Notes: generated by a model from the sequence alone, not told the origin. A stretch of 64,000 nucleotides of DNA from Rhynchopus sp. YZ270_cl-10 (GCA_964035575.1 OZ037836.1:434001-498000); one strand, 5' to 3'; shown: positions 33,645 through 46,974, counted from the first letter of the stretch. Numbers and translations are program-made.

Positions 33645-35793
33645 TGTAGTGTTGTTTTGTGGTCTTTGGTTTTTGATAGAAAAAATAAGGTAAAAAGTGA
33701 TGAGCTGTTTGTTGTGTGTGTTGTGTGTTGTGTGTGGGTGTTGGAGTGGGTAAGTGGTTGTGGGTATTGGGTGGTCGGAGGGTGGACACTTGGTTGGTGG
33801 ACGGGAGGGTGTCAGTGTGGATGGTGTTGTGCGTTGTGGGGGGAGATCTGCACAGATCGAGAATACGTGAAGAACACACGGGCAGAAGGAGACAAGAAGA
33901 AGGCAGACATGGTGCCACTGAGACGATAGAGGTGTAAGACAAAGGGGACACCTCTGTGTGCAGAACTGTATGCTGCAAGGCTGTGATGGGACGACAGGCG
34001 TCACAGCACACCCAAACGATAGCAATACCACAACATGTATGGACGCCTGCAGAACATCAAGGCTCGGCACATATGGACAGAAGAGTGCCTACAGCAGATC
34101 TTACGGGCGCTCTCCACCAAAACCAGAACCTCACAGCCCAGCTCTCCGCGACCCCCGTCACCACTCCCTGCAAACGCAGCAACACTAAAGACTCCGCCTC
34201 AGGCACCTGCACCGTCACCTGCGGAGACAAACAAAGGGGCAAAGACGCCACTCGCAAAGGGGAAGGCGGGTAAGGGAAAAGGGGGAACCACCACACCGCT
34301 AACCGCGGCCTCCCTCGACGACCTCTTGTCCGCGTCGCCGCTGGTGGGGAAGAAGGGAAAGGGCGATGGAACCAGAAAGGACGATCCAGGGAAAAGTCGA
34401 GGACGAACCTGATTGACTTCAATTTCGATCTCTGAACTTCGATATGAGAAAATATTAATTCATTATACATTCTTTTCTTAGCGAAACAAAAAGAATGTAA
34501 AGAGGGTGCAAAAAGTGAGAAAAAATATATATAAAAGGAAGGGAGCTGGTGTACGGTATTCAATTCTCGGGTCGAGGTGTGTGCGTTTCACCACAACCTT
34601 CTCCCTTTTGTCTTTATTGTTTGCGGGGGTGGGGTGAAAAAACATAAAAAGGAAAAGTAGGAGTGCGGTTTAAATTTCCCTGCGTCGACTGCAGGATGGT
34701 TCGCGAGCTATCGCAACTAGGGTGTGTGTGTTTGCGGAGAAGAAAACAGTTACCAATAAAAGGCTCCAGCGTCGGTATTCTTTTTAACAGCATTGCAATC
34801 ATATAGCATAATAATAGAAAAAACAGGGGATTGTGCACGACGAAACGTGTTTCAGAAACTATCTATTCTACTGAAGTAGAAAGTGATAATAGGGTGCACT
34901 AAATGTACCCAAACTTTTTTACTTTAGGGTAGATAAATAAATTTATTTGTTTCTTGTCCACCGTACGTACAGAATCTCGAGATTCCCAGAAAAAATGTTT
35001 GTTTTTAAAAATGTTTATTGTGACCTGAGGGGTACTTTAGAGTGTTTTTAGACACACTTGTGACCCCACCGAGGAAAGCAATCGGCTCGCGCAATCAAAA
35101 GAAAGCAGAGAAGGGAAAAAATAAAAAGGAAAAAAGTTGGGTACCGTGCGCCTGCGGCGCTACCTGTTCCCAGTCAACAACACAATTTCATCCGAAGTTG
35201 GGTTTGCAGACCTGAAAATGACCCTTGCTTACGAGTATGGGTTCATACTTTGTGAAAATTGAAGGCACAAAAATTTTGCCCATTTTTCCGTATATCCCCC
35301 CACCACAGCCCGGGATTGGCTCGGAAATGCCACAAAACACCGTTATTTCCACCCCTTGATGCACAACTGTTTGAGGTGTGTTTTTTTTTTTTGGTCCCGA
35401 AATATGATTTTTCAGACTTTTCCAAAAGTGGGCACGAAGCCTGCTCCGTAACATGCAGGGCTAAGTGTGAGCTTCCTTCTTGTCAGTGAAGGGATGACCT
35501 TCGGGACTTAGCGAGGCCAGAAACATCCTCGGAAATGCTGAGCTGAGCGTGCAGAAGATCTGCCACGGAAGCATGCAAGGCGCTATCCGCGCAAAATGTG
35601 GAAGCGTTCTGGGAGCAGTGGCGAACCCGCTAAACGTACAAGAACATTATAAAAAACCGAGAACTAACATCGTCGTATCCCCCCAATGACACCTACCATC
35701 AACGAGGCATGTGAAATCAATGTAGTTGTCTCCCGTCTGCTTGCCCCGCTCCCATGGTAGCGATTTTTTTTACAACATTTTTTCCCCAACTAA

Positions 35794-36592
35794 AGGGGGG
35801 GTCCAAATAACTATATTATTCGGTAACTTTGAAAAGCCAAAATCGTTTGCGTTGACGCTTCCACACACACTAAAAATTACCTGTTGGTTGGTGGTGTTGC
35901 GGAGCACGGTTGGGTGAGTGAACGACGTGACACTTTCCGCTCACAAAGTAGTGTGCGTAAAAAAAAAAAGTTATTTGGAACCTAAGTTATTTGGGGGTAA
36001 ACTTATTTGGGCACTGAAAACAGGGTTTTTTCTCGTTGCCAACTTGGTGAAGCTTTTAGACACCGGTATTTGCATTTTTGGAATCCGTCCGGCCAGTGGT
36101 GGGGTCAATTTGCCAAAATGGACAAGTTCTCGTTTTTGATCAATTTCCTCATAGTACACAGTAGCAGGACAGCACCAGAGGTCGGGGGTTGGGGGTCCAA
36201 AAGTCGGGAGTCGGCAGGAGGGTCAACTCTTATTTTCTGTTTTCCTGTTTTGTAGTTTGGTAAAGACCCCAGAAGACCCGACCGCCCGAATGATGATGCT
36301 GCTTTAAATCTGTTTCGCCCCAGACTTCCTTCTCCAGCGTGGCTGCCGCCTAGATGATTATATCTGGGGCGTAAAAAACTAGCTTTTTACACCGTACCAT
36401 AAAATTTTTTCGCCTGCGGCGCCATTTTATATAGTACACTATCAGTTTGGGGGAATTTTTTGAAAAATAAAAAAGGAGGTGAGAGGGGGCGAAGTTATTC
36501 GGTAACTTTTTCGGCACCCAAAATCTGAGAAAAAAAAAAGTTATTTGGGAAAATAGCTATTATTTGGGGGTAAACTTATTTGGGCCCCCCCT
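35794..36592. mobile_element. Non-autonomous TIR element (possibly Kolobok-like)
   Basis: CTAA|AGGGGGGGTCCAAATAA ... TTATTTGGGCCCCCCCT|TTAA. Confidence 0.55.
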
Positions 36593-37785
36593 TTAATATT
36601 TTTTTCCGTACGCACGTACGGAATTTCAAAACGTCTCGGACAAGAAACAAAAGAATTTATTTATCTACCCTTACATGGATTATTTGCTTTTGATAGTGAC
36701 GTGGAGTCGTATTTTTTGTTTTTCGAATTCTGTACGGAGAAACTAAAACTGTGTCGAATAAAAACGAACGTGGAGGGGGAGCATCCGCTGGGAGAAAGAA
36801 GCGCTTTTATTTTTTACTTTTTAAATCGTAGAACACAGCATGCACACAATAGAAAAAAAACACAATATTCATTTGGCATTTGGCATTTGGCATTTCACAC
36901 ACATGATGGTGCTGCACGAAGACAAGATACGGAGCGCCAATAATGCGGAATTCTACAGAACGTAGGTGAGAGTCCTGGAGTGACGGTACTGGAGGATGCG
37001 TCCAACAAAAATCACGTCGGCAGAACAGCTCAAGAATGTATGTTTTTTATTATTTCCAAAGGCCACCTGTCTTTTAGCTTCAGTTGTGTGTAGTTGCTGC
37101 AGTGTAAAGGTCTCCCTCCCCCCCCGGGAAAGGAGTCCCCCTCTTCCCCCCGAAAATAATATGAGCGGATGGCTAACGGTACCGACTGGAAAGCTCGGAA
37201 CACATGATTTTTAGCCACCCAGGGGGTGGAAATTCTGTATTTTTTGGAGTCCCTGATTATGCTTGAGTTTAGTTTTTTTTGAAAACTTGGTTGTATTAGT
37301 GTAGACACCCGAGGATGAGCTCCACTATATGTTTTTTCTTTTTCCCTTTTGCCTTTACTTTTTTTGATAAATTGTTGGAGTAGTGTGGTTGCCTTGGTTG
37401 TGTTGCCACAGTTGTGCAATCTCCACAAATTATTGCTCCGACCCTGCCCTCCTCACAAAAAAAATATATTTGGCCCTTAAATTTGGCATTTTTGTACAAG
37501 CAGGAGTGGGGGAGCTCTGTTTTTGGGGTGGGACTCCTCTTCTCTCCTGGGTATCAGGAACATTAACAGAATGAGAAACGAAAGCAACCAGAAATAAACA
37601 AATTCATGACCAGAAAATAACAATAAAAACGGTAGAGCTGAATGGGGGGCGCACCAAGTATGCAAGAAAGTGCGCAAAACGTGCGAATCACTCCCCTTCC
37701 ACACCACCCCAAAAAAAGAACAAACATAGTAGTATCATTAGAAGAATGTGATATCTCCTTCCCACTGTCCCCACTGTGGAAATAC

Positions 37786-40689
37786 TTAGTGATACTCTGG
37801 TGCGGGTGGGGAGTAGTCACATTTCGCTACAATGTCCTTGAGGTAGCTAATTTCGTGCCGTTCGAAGATGGGGCCTTCTGCGACACCTGAGATAGCCGCT
37901 GTTGCTGCCTCCCACTTCTTGGCGATGATGTGCTCCCAGATCGCGTTCCAGACGACAAACTTGCTTGAGGCATCAAGGTTCGCAAGCTCGTACATCCATT
38001 CCGAGTCGTCTGTGGTCGCACGTTTGCGTGCCTCGTAGATCCGGATGAGCCCCTTACGCAGACGCTTTGGGAACTTCACCGCACCCACCGTCTTGAACTC
38101 AAAGTACCGCTCGCACGTCTCCGAGGCAAACATATCCACAACCCCATGGAAGTCCAGCCTCCGGTTCACCCTCTCCAGTGCATAGCTCCACCCCACGGCC
38201 GGCGACGTGATCGTGATCTTCTTCATCCCAAGGCACCCGAGCGCCTCCACGCGACCTGTCCCCGCAGTGCAGCCAAAGGAGAGCACCAACGGCGAGCAGT
38301 GTGCAGGCATTGCGATGCGTGAAATATCGTCACGCGAATTGAGCGCACAGTTGATGGCCTGGGCACGGTGCTGCGTGTTGACGGTGAAGGCGTTGAACGT
38401 GGCCATGACCTTGTCGCCGGAGAAGAGGTCCTGGACACCACAGTGCATCTTCATGGTTGAGACGAGACACTGCATCACTTCCTTGTTGATCTCCTCGTAC
38501 GACACGTCTGGGGTCTCAAGCGCGATCGCGTGCCAGCCCACCACGTTGAACCATACAATGGACATGCGCTTCTTCATCCTCGAGGAATCAACAGACTCCT
38601 CACCTGATGACCCTGAAGACCTCATGTTCGACGACGATGTTCTGCGCGTGTCGCCCACCTCCAGATGCGAGGAAATCTTGTGGTTGATGGGAAAGGAGCC
38701 ACTCCTGTTGGGGCTGCTGCCGCTAGCGTTGATGCTGTTGGTGCGGTTCTCCTTGCCTGACCCAGAGATGTTCGACACCATGACGGCCTGGGGGATGTAC
38801 TGGCGGAACTCTGCAAGGTTGTCCTTCATCTTCCCAAAGGAAATCTGCATCTGGTAGATGTCCCTGATGGGCGTGCGGTGGTTGTAGTTGTCCACCTCCT
38901 CGAGAAGCATGTGCGACACGAGTGTCATGTCCTTGCACAGCTTCTGAATCGGCTCAACCAGCCTCTGCACAATGAAACACACAAACCCTGCCAGCCCCGC
39001 AACCACAGCGCAGGTAACGGCAATCGCAATGATGATGCCGCCGGTGCGCTTCTTGTTCGCCTCGTCCCGCGACTCCTTCTGGTGGCGCTTCAGCTCAGCA
39101 TTGCTCACATCAACGTCGTGCATAACAGACACACGCGGGATCAGCACGTTCACGTACCAGTGGATCTCCTCACCCTGCTCGTAGAGCGTCGTGATGCACC
39201 AGTACGTGGTCGCCTCGCTCTCCGTCTTCAGAGTCCACTCGTAGAAGTGGTGTGTCGTCAGCCCCACCAGCCTGTCGTAGCCACCCTCGTGTGTCAGCGT
39301 GTACCGTGTGTGGTGGGCCACCTCACTCAGCTCCTCGCCTTCTTGCGTCTGCTTGAGGTGATCTGTCGCACGCACCATGTGCTTGACTTCCTTCTGTGTG
39401 TCCGTGCCGTTCACCGTGATGGTCGTGTTGACTTCCTCCAGGTCGCCTTCCATGTTCGACCCGATCAGGATGGGCACGTGGTTCGTCAGGTCCGAGTAGT
39501 CGATGACGTACAACACAGCACCCTCGGGGAAGTGGTGTGAGTGCAGGTTGCGCCCAAGCATGGTTCCATCCATTGTGCAAGACAGGACACCGACACGGTT
39601 CTCCTGAAGTTCGTACTTGTTGAGCATGAGCGGGTGCGTCACTGCCATGTAGGCATCAATCTTCACCTCGGAGTGGTGCGTAAACATGGGTGAGAAGTGC
39701 ACGTTACCCGCATGCTTGAGGTTGCTTGTCTCATCGTGTTCGTTGAACATATTGTACAGCGCCAGCTTGGACGAGCGGATGCGCTCTACATTGAGCACCC
39801 TGGTCTTGTCGTGGACACACTCCCCGACCTTGTCTGCCGAGACGTTGTAGCGCTCTTCTTGGAACAAGTAGGGGCTGAAGTCGAGCAGGTCCTGTTCCGA
39901 CAGGCCTTGCCCTCTATCGCCACCTGCGTTCTGGAATGCGGGCCAGAAACAGGGGTGACCTTTGTCGACCATGTGGCCACGCACGTCGGCACGCCCGATG
40001 TGGAGGTGGATTTCTGCGTAGCCTGCAGTGTGCCCGCTGTAGTACGCCTGGCTGTAGTCATGCGAGGCTGTGAACACAGACTCATCATGCGGGTCACGCG
40101 ACTCCCCCACGAAGTACACTGCACCACCGCTCTCTGGCAGCTCTCCCACCTGCTCGTCTATTGCATACAACATGACCAACCCACCTCTGTGCGACGTTGT
40201 GTTCGGAAACGACGGGCTGTAAGGCAAAGCTTCGTACATCAGCTCACGCATCCCATGCTTTGCGAGCGACCGCAATACGGTCATCAGCTCTGGGCGGATC
40301 ATTTCGTCAATAAAATGCGAGTCGGTAAGTTGGTCCGGATGGAACTGCTGCATAAACTCGCTGAGTTCCATGAGGGTTAGCTCTGGCATGTCAAGCAGCC
40401 CATGAATGTCACGCCGTACGAGGTCAGAGTAAGAGAGAAACAGCTCAGCAGTCATCTTCTCCGCTTCAACTTGCGAGACAGTGAAGGCACGTTCCAGCTC
40501 CACATCCGCTGCGTCATGTGCATCGTCAATGAGAGGCGCGAGAATCAGCCACGACACAGACCCCACAAGCGCCGCAGTGAGAACCAGGATCACCACACAC
40601 ATTGCAATCGCGACAGCACGCAACGTTGGCCGCGTGTCGTCCATCTTCTCATCGACCTTCCCCTCCTTCAGGATCGTACTAGAATACAT
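37786..40689 (-). CDS. Receptor-type protein: TM, large extracellular domain, TM, HAMP-like linker, degenerate class III nucleotidyl cyclase domain
   Basis: Two hydrophobic helices (AVAIAMCVVIL.., GGIIIAIAVTC..). LVEPIQKLCKDM is HAMP-like. SIVWFNVVGW and FSGDKVMATF are cyclase-like motifs. First ATG at 40689. Confidence 0.85.
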   Translation of the reverse strand: MYSSTILKEGKVDEKMDDTRPTLRAVAIAMCVVILVLTAALVGSVSWLILAPLIDDAHDAADVELERAFTVSQVEAEKMTAELFLSYSDLVRRDIHGLLDMPELTLMELSEFMQQFHPDQLTDSHFIDEMIRPELMTVLRSLAKHGMRELMYEALPYSPSFPNTTSHRGGLVMLYAIDEQVGELPESGGAVYFVGESRDPHDESVFTASHDYSQAYYSGHTAGYAEIHLHIGRADVRGHMVDKGHPCFWPAFQNAGGDRGQGLSEQDLLDFSPYLFQEERYNVSADKVGECVHDKTRVLNVERIRSSKLALYNMFNEHDETSNLKHAGNVHFSPMFTHHSEVKIDAYMAVTHPLMLNKYELQENRVGVLSCTMDGTMLGRNLHSHHFPEGAVLYVIDYSDLTNHVPILIGSNMEGDLEEVNTTITVNGTDTQKEVKHMVRATDHLKQTQEGEELSEVAHHTRYTLTHEGGYDRLVGLTTHHFYEWTLKTESEATTYWCITTLYEQGEEIHWYVNVLIPRVSVMHDVDVSNAELKRHQKESRDEANKKRTGGIIIAIAVTCAVVAGLAGFVCFIVQRLVEPIQKLCKDMTLVSHMLLEEVDNYNHRTPIRDIYQMQISFGKMKDNLAEFRQYIPQAVMVSNISGSGKENRTNSINASGSSPNRSGSFPINHKISSHLEVGDTRRTSSSNMRSSGSSGEESVDSSRMKKRMSIVWFNVVGWHAIALETPDVSYEEINKEVMQCLVSTMKMHCGVQDLFSGDKVMATFNAFTVNTQHRAQAINCALNSRDDISRIAMPAHCSPLVLSFGCTAGTGRVEALGCLGMKKITITSPAVGWSYALERVNRRLDFHGVVDMFASETCERYFEFKTVGAVKFPKRLRKGLIRIYEARKRATTDDSEWMYELANLDASSKFVVWNAIWEHIIAKKWEAATAAISGVAEGPIFERHEISYLKDIVAKCDYSPPAPEYH

Positions 40690-41908
40690 GACCGCCACCC
40701 TCAGTTCACGCTACAATACAATAAAATAACGGATGACTTGTATTAACCCATCCCGCAGATGTGTTGTGGAGGAAAAATGTTGTGTAAAGGCGAACTAAGC
40801 CCTGTATGATGGATGGGTTGGGGTGGGTGTAAGATGTAATGGTCCTGCAGTGCTGTGCAGGGAATGATTGAGTTCGAATGGCGAATCAAAGCACAAAAAA
40901 CAGCGAACCCTAAGAGAGGTCTATAATATTATATGAAGAGTCAGTCCATCGCCTCTCACTTAGTCCTTCCCATGATACAGCATGCGAGCACTGTCTCCAG
41001 GTCACACTGATGTGCATCACGGTTCCCGATGTAGAACTACATGGCAGCTAAAACGATGAGTGGAAACAGAACGTACCCCGCTGGCGATCCCCCAAGCGGG
41101 AGCGGTGGACCATATAATATTAGAGGGAATGCCACCCATACCCCCTGTGGATCGTAGCCTATTTGTTGTGACAAAAGCGCCTCAGCGGGGTCGAGATTAT
41201 TCTGCGGCTTTTCTTCAAATAATGTTGGAGTAGTGTATTTGCCTCAGTTGTGCTGCCATAGTTGCGTTTTCTTCTACTTACTATGCTGGAACCTATGGTC
41301 ATCAAAAAATCGTCCCCGTGCAGGTGAAAAAGCGAGGCTATGTTGAGCGAATCGAGCAAAAATGTAGGTGAGAGGGTGAGAGTCGGGGGACATGTGACTT
41401 CTGTCTTTTTGAGCCAAGTGCAAAAACAACATTGTTTCTGGCATGTCGCCGGAAGCAACAGTGTTGCATCAAAACAAAAAAGAACAAAACAAAACACAAA
41501 GATGGCAAGCCTCCCAAACCGCTTGAAACCAAAACTGAAAAAGGGAAAAAAGGCAAAAGGTAAGAGGCGGGTAAAAACAGACACGCACAGCACCTGAACA
41601 TATGATAAAAACAAGTAAGTGATAACAGTGATTATCTTTCTTTTGTTTTCTTTTTTTATGAAAACTTAGTTGTCTCAGTGTAGACACCCGAGGATGTGCT
41701 CCACTGGACAAAACGCTTTTCCGTAACTGTTGATTATCTTCTTTTTCTTGTTTCTGTTTCTTTCCGCTCGTTTTCGTAATATCTACACGTTGATTTTTGA
41801 ATTGCAATAAAATCAAAAGTAAAAACCAAACCACCAACAACCACAATAACCAGATAAAGAAGAAAAAGAAAATAGAATAAACAAAACAAAACAAAACACA
41901 CTACGGTT

Positions 41909-43214
41909 CTATGCAGCCTGGTCGTACATCTTCCTCATGACCGGGTGGCAGGTCCTCTCCAGCTTCCTCTGGGAGGACTGGAACTCCTCCTTGGTGGCCT
42001 CAGTGCCGCAGAGCTCGAGGGCACCGTTGCAGGCGTCCATGACCTTCTTCTTGTCGTCGTCGCCGACAAGCCCGCCGGTTCTGTCGTCCATGAGGGTGGT
42101 GACCATCTGGTAGGCGTAGGTCTCGAGCTCGTGTCTGGCGTCGACACGCTCGCGTGCCTGCTTGTCGGCCTCAGCGAACTTCTCTGCGTCGTTGCACATG
42201 TCGTCAATCTCCTTCTGGGACAGACGGCCCTTGTCGTTGGTGATGGTGACCTGCGACTTCTTCCCGGTCGACTTGTCCTCGGCAGACACGTCCATGATGC
42301 CGTTCGCGTCGACGTCAAAGGTCACCTCAATCTGGGGCACGCCACGCGGGGCCGGCGGGATCCCGGTCAGGTCGAAGGTGCCGAGCTGGTGGCAGTCCTT
42401 CGTCATCGCCCGCTCCCCCTCGAACACACAGATGTTCACCACAGGCTGGTTGTCCGCACACGTCGAGAACTCCTGGCTCTTCTTCGTCGGGATCGTCGTG
42501 TTCCTCTTGATCAGCGGTGTCATCACACCCCCGTCCGTCTCAATCCCCACAGTCAGGGGGGTCACGTCCAGCAGCAGGATCTGCTCCGTCTGCGTGCTCT
42601 TTCCCCCCGTCAGCACAAAGGCCTGCACCGCAGCACCAAAGGCAACAGCCTCGTCGGGGTTGATCGACTTGTTCAGGTCCTTTCCGCCGAAGAAGTCCGA
42701 CACCATCGCCTGGATCTTCGGGATACGGGTCGATCCTCCGACCAGCACAACCTCCGTGATGGCCCGCTTCTCAATCTTCGAGTCGTTCAGCACAGACTCC
42801 ACAGGGCGCAGGCACGACTTGAACAGGTCCGCGCACAGCTCCTCGAACTTCGCACGTGTGATCGACGAGTAGAAGTCCGTCCCCTCAAACAGCGAGTCGA
42901 TCTCAATGCTGGTCTGTGCCGCCGACGACAGCGCACGCTTGGCACGCTCACAGGCAGTGCGCAGACGGCGCAGCGCACGCTGGTTCGTCGTCAGGTCCTT
43001 CTTGTGCTTCTTCTTGAACTCCTCCACGAAGTGGTTCACCATCCGGTTGTCGAAGTCCTCGCCTCCCAAGTGGGTGTCTCCCGCAGTCGCCTTCACCTCG
43101 AAGATCCCCCCGTCAATCGCCAGAAGCGTCACATCGAAGGTACCGCCACCCAGGTCGAAGATCAGGATGTTCTTCTGCCCCGCGCTCGCGTTGTCGAGTC
43201 CGTAGGCAATCGCC

Positions 43215-43246
<32 letters not shown>

Positions 43247-43753
43247 GTCCATCCCCGAGATCGCCCCTGCGTCCTTCGTCGCCTGACGCTGCGAGTCGTT
43301 GAAGTACGCAGGCACAGTCACAACGCTCTTCTTCACCTCCTTCCCAAGGAACTGCTCCGCCGTCTCCTTCATCTTCACAAGGATCATCGCAGAGATCTCC
43401 TCAGGCCTGAACGTCTTCGTCGTCCCCATGAACGACACCTCAATCAGCGGCTTCCCGTCCTCCTTCGCCACAACCTTGAACGGCCAGTGCTTCATGTCGC
43501 TCTGCACAGACGAGTCCTCCAGCTTGCGCCCGATCAGACGCTTCGCGTCGAACACCGTGTTCGTCGGGTTCATCGCCACCTGGTTCTTCGCCGCATCTCC
43601 GATCAGACGCTCGCTGTCTGCGAACGCCACGTACGACGGCGTCGTCCGGTTCCCCTGGTTGTTCGCAATGATCTCCACACGCTCGTTCTGCCACACTCCC
43701 ACACACGAGTAGGTCGTTCCCAAGTCAATACCGATGGCTCCGTCGTAGGACAT
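41909..43753 (-). CDS. HSP70: HSP70 second copy (614 aa), protein identical to the first
   Basis: Same translation as the first copy. The duplication extends ~250 bp upstream; stop is TAG rather than TGA. Confidence 0.97.
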
Positions 43754-45721
43754 TGTAGTGTTGTTTTGTGGTCTTTGGTTTTTGATAGAAAAAATAAGGT
43801 AAAAAGTGATGAGCTGTTTGTTGTGTGTGTTGTGTGTTGTGTGTGGGTGTTGGGGTGGGTAAGTGGTTGTGGGTATTGGGTGGTCAGAGGGTGGACACTT
43901 GGTTGGTGGACGGGAGAGTGTCAGTGTGGATGGTGTTGTGGGACGTGTCTTTCGTGTTGTGCGTTGTGGGGGGAGATCTGCACAGATCGAGAATACGTGA
44001 AGACTCTGAGACACGCAGAACACTGAAAGTGGCAATGGTGATTCCCGGGTCCCCAGACAGCGAACATGGCGGATACCCACACGTGCCTTTTGGTGTGTCG
44101 TTTCTGATGCGTGTCAGGAAGGCCGTTTTAAAAGTTAGTGGAAAACAAATAAAGCTCGAGCGACTCTTTCTTAAACATGACAGCACACACGTCAAGAGAC
44201 AATAACGTTGCGAACGTGGTGTGGCTGAAACCAGCTACTTTTTTCCCTCCACCTCAAGTCGACTGGAAGTTTCACAAAAGTGTACTAAAGTGTACCCCTC
44301 CGTAAAATCCTCTGTCACGACTAAAAGCCCACAAAAGCGTATAACAAGAGCAAAAAATAAAAAGAAAGCAAAATGTTTTACTCAACTAACTTCTTGCCCT
44401 TCGGACTGACACAGCCACCCTCTCAAAGGCGGCAAGACCAAAATGTGCCGTTGTGCCCCAAAAAAAAAAAAAATACTCGAAGTACGTCTTTTTCGTTCTC
44501 CTTGCAACAGGAAGGGGGAGTTGAGAACCCTTACGCAATGTGTGTAGGTCTTGCTTGCTAGCGAGGAGGCAGGTGGTGGGGGGGTGGGAAACCCCTTGCC
44601 ACCTGACCCCTCACCACGCGAACGATGGGTGGAGCACTAATTTCTGGGGGGGATAAGAAGAGGGGTGGGGCGAGAGTATGGGAGCTAGACTTTGACCGCA
44701 AGCCTGTGAACCCTACAAACTAGTTGAAGGCATAGAGAGCTCTGCAGGACACAATACTAATGTTGGCGAACACATTGTTTTCATTGTTTTCCACACAAAG
44801 CATAATGGCATCTCAATGACAACGGCACGCAACTGATAAAAAAAAAATGCTTCCAAAACACGGTGTTGGTGTCTTCCAGGGTATCAGAAAATACAAAATT
44901 TTCATTTCAATTCACAACTTCTTCACAAAAAAAAAAAAAAAATCTTCCCAAAAAAAAAATAGCAAATACTATATTGTGAAAAGTTGTGAAGAGTTGTGAA
45001 GATGTGTGAAGTCCCATACCCCCTCTCGGAACGCACCAGGTGTTATCTTCACTCACACAGGAAAAAAAAACGGGAAATGAAAAGGGAGAGAGTTTGTTAG
45101 TTGTACGCTTCGACCGGCACAACGTACGGCACAACAACTGATAAAATGTGTCCAAAAAATAGCCCCCAAACAAAGTAGAGAACAAGGGGGTACATCCCTT
45201 TCAAGCGAAGAGAATAGAGAAGTGGTTGAAACTAAAATGCATCACAGTCGAGCTCATGCAAAAAAGGGTGGGACGTACCGTGAAGAAAACGGAGCGCGGT
45301 TCACAACCGCTCGGGAATCTTACACGAACCTTTTTTTTTACCCCAACTTTTTTTTTGCGGCCGATAATTTTTGGTCGAGGTTTTCGCGCAAAATCAGTGG
45401 GACCCTAAAGGGAAATCATGGCTCACTTTGACAAACTAAAAAAAAAACAGACCATTTTACCCTATTATCATCTGTAAGTCAAGTCAAATAAAAAACTGGG
45501 GGTTTTGTATCTTGACAGACTGCTGGACCCTTCAGTATAGCCGTAAAAAAGTGAAGTTATGCAGACACCGACTGACCACGTACGATGCCAGCCATCCGGA
45601 TGAAAGCACAAGACACCAAAAATATTGGCAGACAGGAAACAGCTGAGTCGCGTCAATGATGTGAGGGGCGGGTTTTGTGCCGGGAAAAAATATCCGGGGG
45701 GTTTTTTTTTCGGATGTGTCC

Positions 45722-46375
45722 CAGGGTTGTTTCTAGGATCTCGTTTTTTTTTCTCGGGGGGGGTCAATTTTTTTCCCAAAAAAAAATTTTTTTCCGCCGG
45801 GAAAAAATGGTCTTTCAAGGGTTTTTGGGTGTATTCCGAGCTTTCTCGACGAAGCCTCGATCTCACCAAGAAAACCCCATACCCCAAAGCTTCAGAATAT
45901 CATGGTAGTATGTAGCTTCTGTGCGGGTATGAAACAGGTAAAGAAACGGTGGCCATGGTACCCAAAGGTTCCTGGCGAAGCCACGGTACGCAACATTTCT
46001 AAAATTGCGCTTAAAATTGCACTATTGCACAGCCAAACTATGTCATGGGAAGGGTGTGATGTAAGCTTGCGCCGCAGGCGCACGGTACGCTACTTTTTTT
46101 CTTTTCGCCAAATCTTTTTTCACACTCCCATCACCGTTCCACGTGGTGTAGTCGGTGCGGGTGTTGTCGCTCTTCACCAGTGCCAACACTGGTGGTGGGT
46201 GGAAAACGTGTAGTTCGGGGGAAAATATGTAATTTTTTACAGGGGGGTGAGGCTGACCAGCGCACCGTGCCAGATTCTGGGGGTAAAATTGACCCCCCCC
46301 GGGGGGGGTCAATTTGACCCCCCAGAATCTGGGGGGGGTCAGTGACCCCCCCCGATCCCCCTAGAAACAACCCTG
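45722..46375. mobile_element. hAT-type non-autonomous element
   Basis: TIRs CAGGGTTGTTTCTAGG / CCTAGAAACAACCCTG; 8-bp TSD ATGTGTCC. Confidence 0.9.
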
Positions 46376-46974
46376 ATGTGTCCTCGGCCAGACCTTTGCA
46401 AACAGTGTGGAATTATCCACTGAAAAAAAACATTAATTTCACATACTTTCCGAAAAAGAAGAGAAAGCACACAAAGGACAGAAAATAAAAAGAAACAAAA
46501 TAGTTTTTTTTTATAAGATGAACCTAAGCCTGTTGCTCAGTTATCTAGAATAAAAAAAAATCTGACTTGATAGCATCGGGTACTTTGCGCGTTTTGCGCG
46601 CTTTTTGCACATTTTATTTTTCCTCTCCGTCTTTGTTTTCGTAGTTTTTCAGGTAAATTTTACTTTTCCTTCCTTCAAAAACTTCTGTACATAACGCTTC
46701 AGGGTTTTTGTAGTGAGCCACAACACAAAGCTTTTTGATTTACCGACCCCCCGCATTTTTCTCTCAGGGACAATTTCAAGGCAGGGGGGACAATTTCACG
46801 GGGGAGGGTCAAGCATGTCCTTAAATCGGGGAAAAATCAGGGATTTTCTGATTTTCAAATCGCAAAATTTTCTTATAGAAAAAAAATTTTCGCGCTGCGC
46901 GCGAAAATTTTTCGCGCACAACTGGAGAAGATATTTTTTTTGCTGTTGTAGGGCCGCAGTGCGGATGGTCATAT

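Noticed and set aside
31836..33929. 697-aa plus-strand ORF (and the 693-aa ORF at 41945-44026)
   Set aside because: Antisense shadow of HSP70; long antisense ORFs are a well-known by-product of HSP70 codon bias.
33645..34070. N-terminal extensions of the HSP70 ORFs (also 43754-44080)
   Set aside because: CA-rich low-complexity leader that differs between the copies; homology starts at MSYDG.
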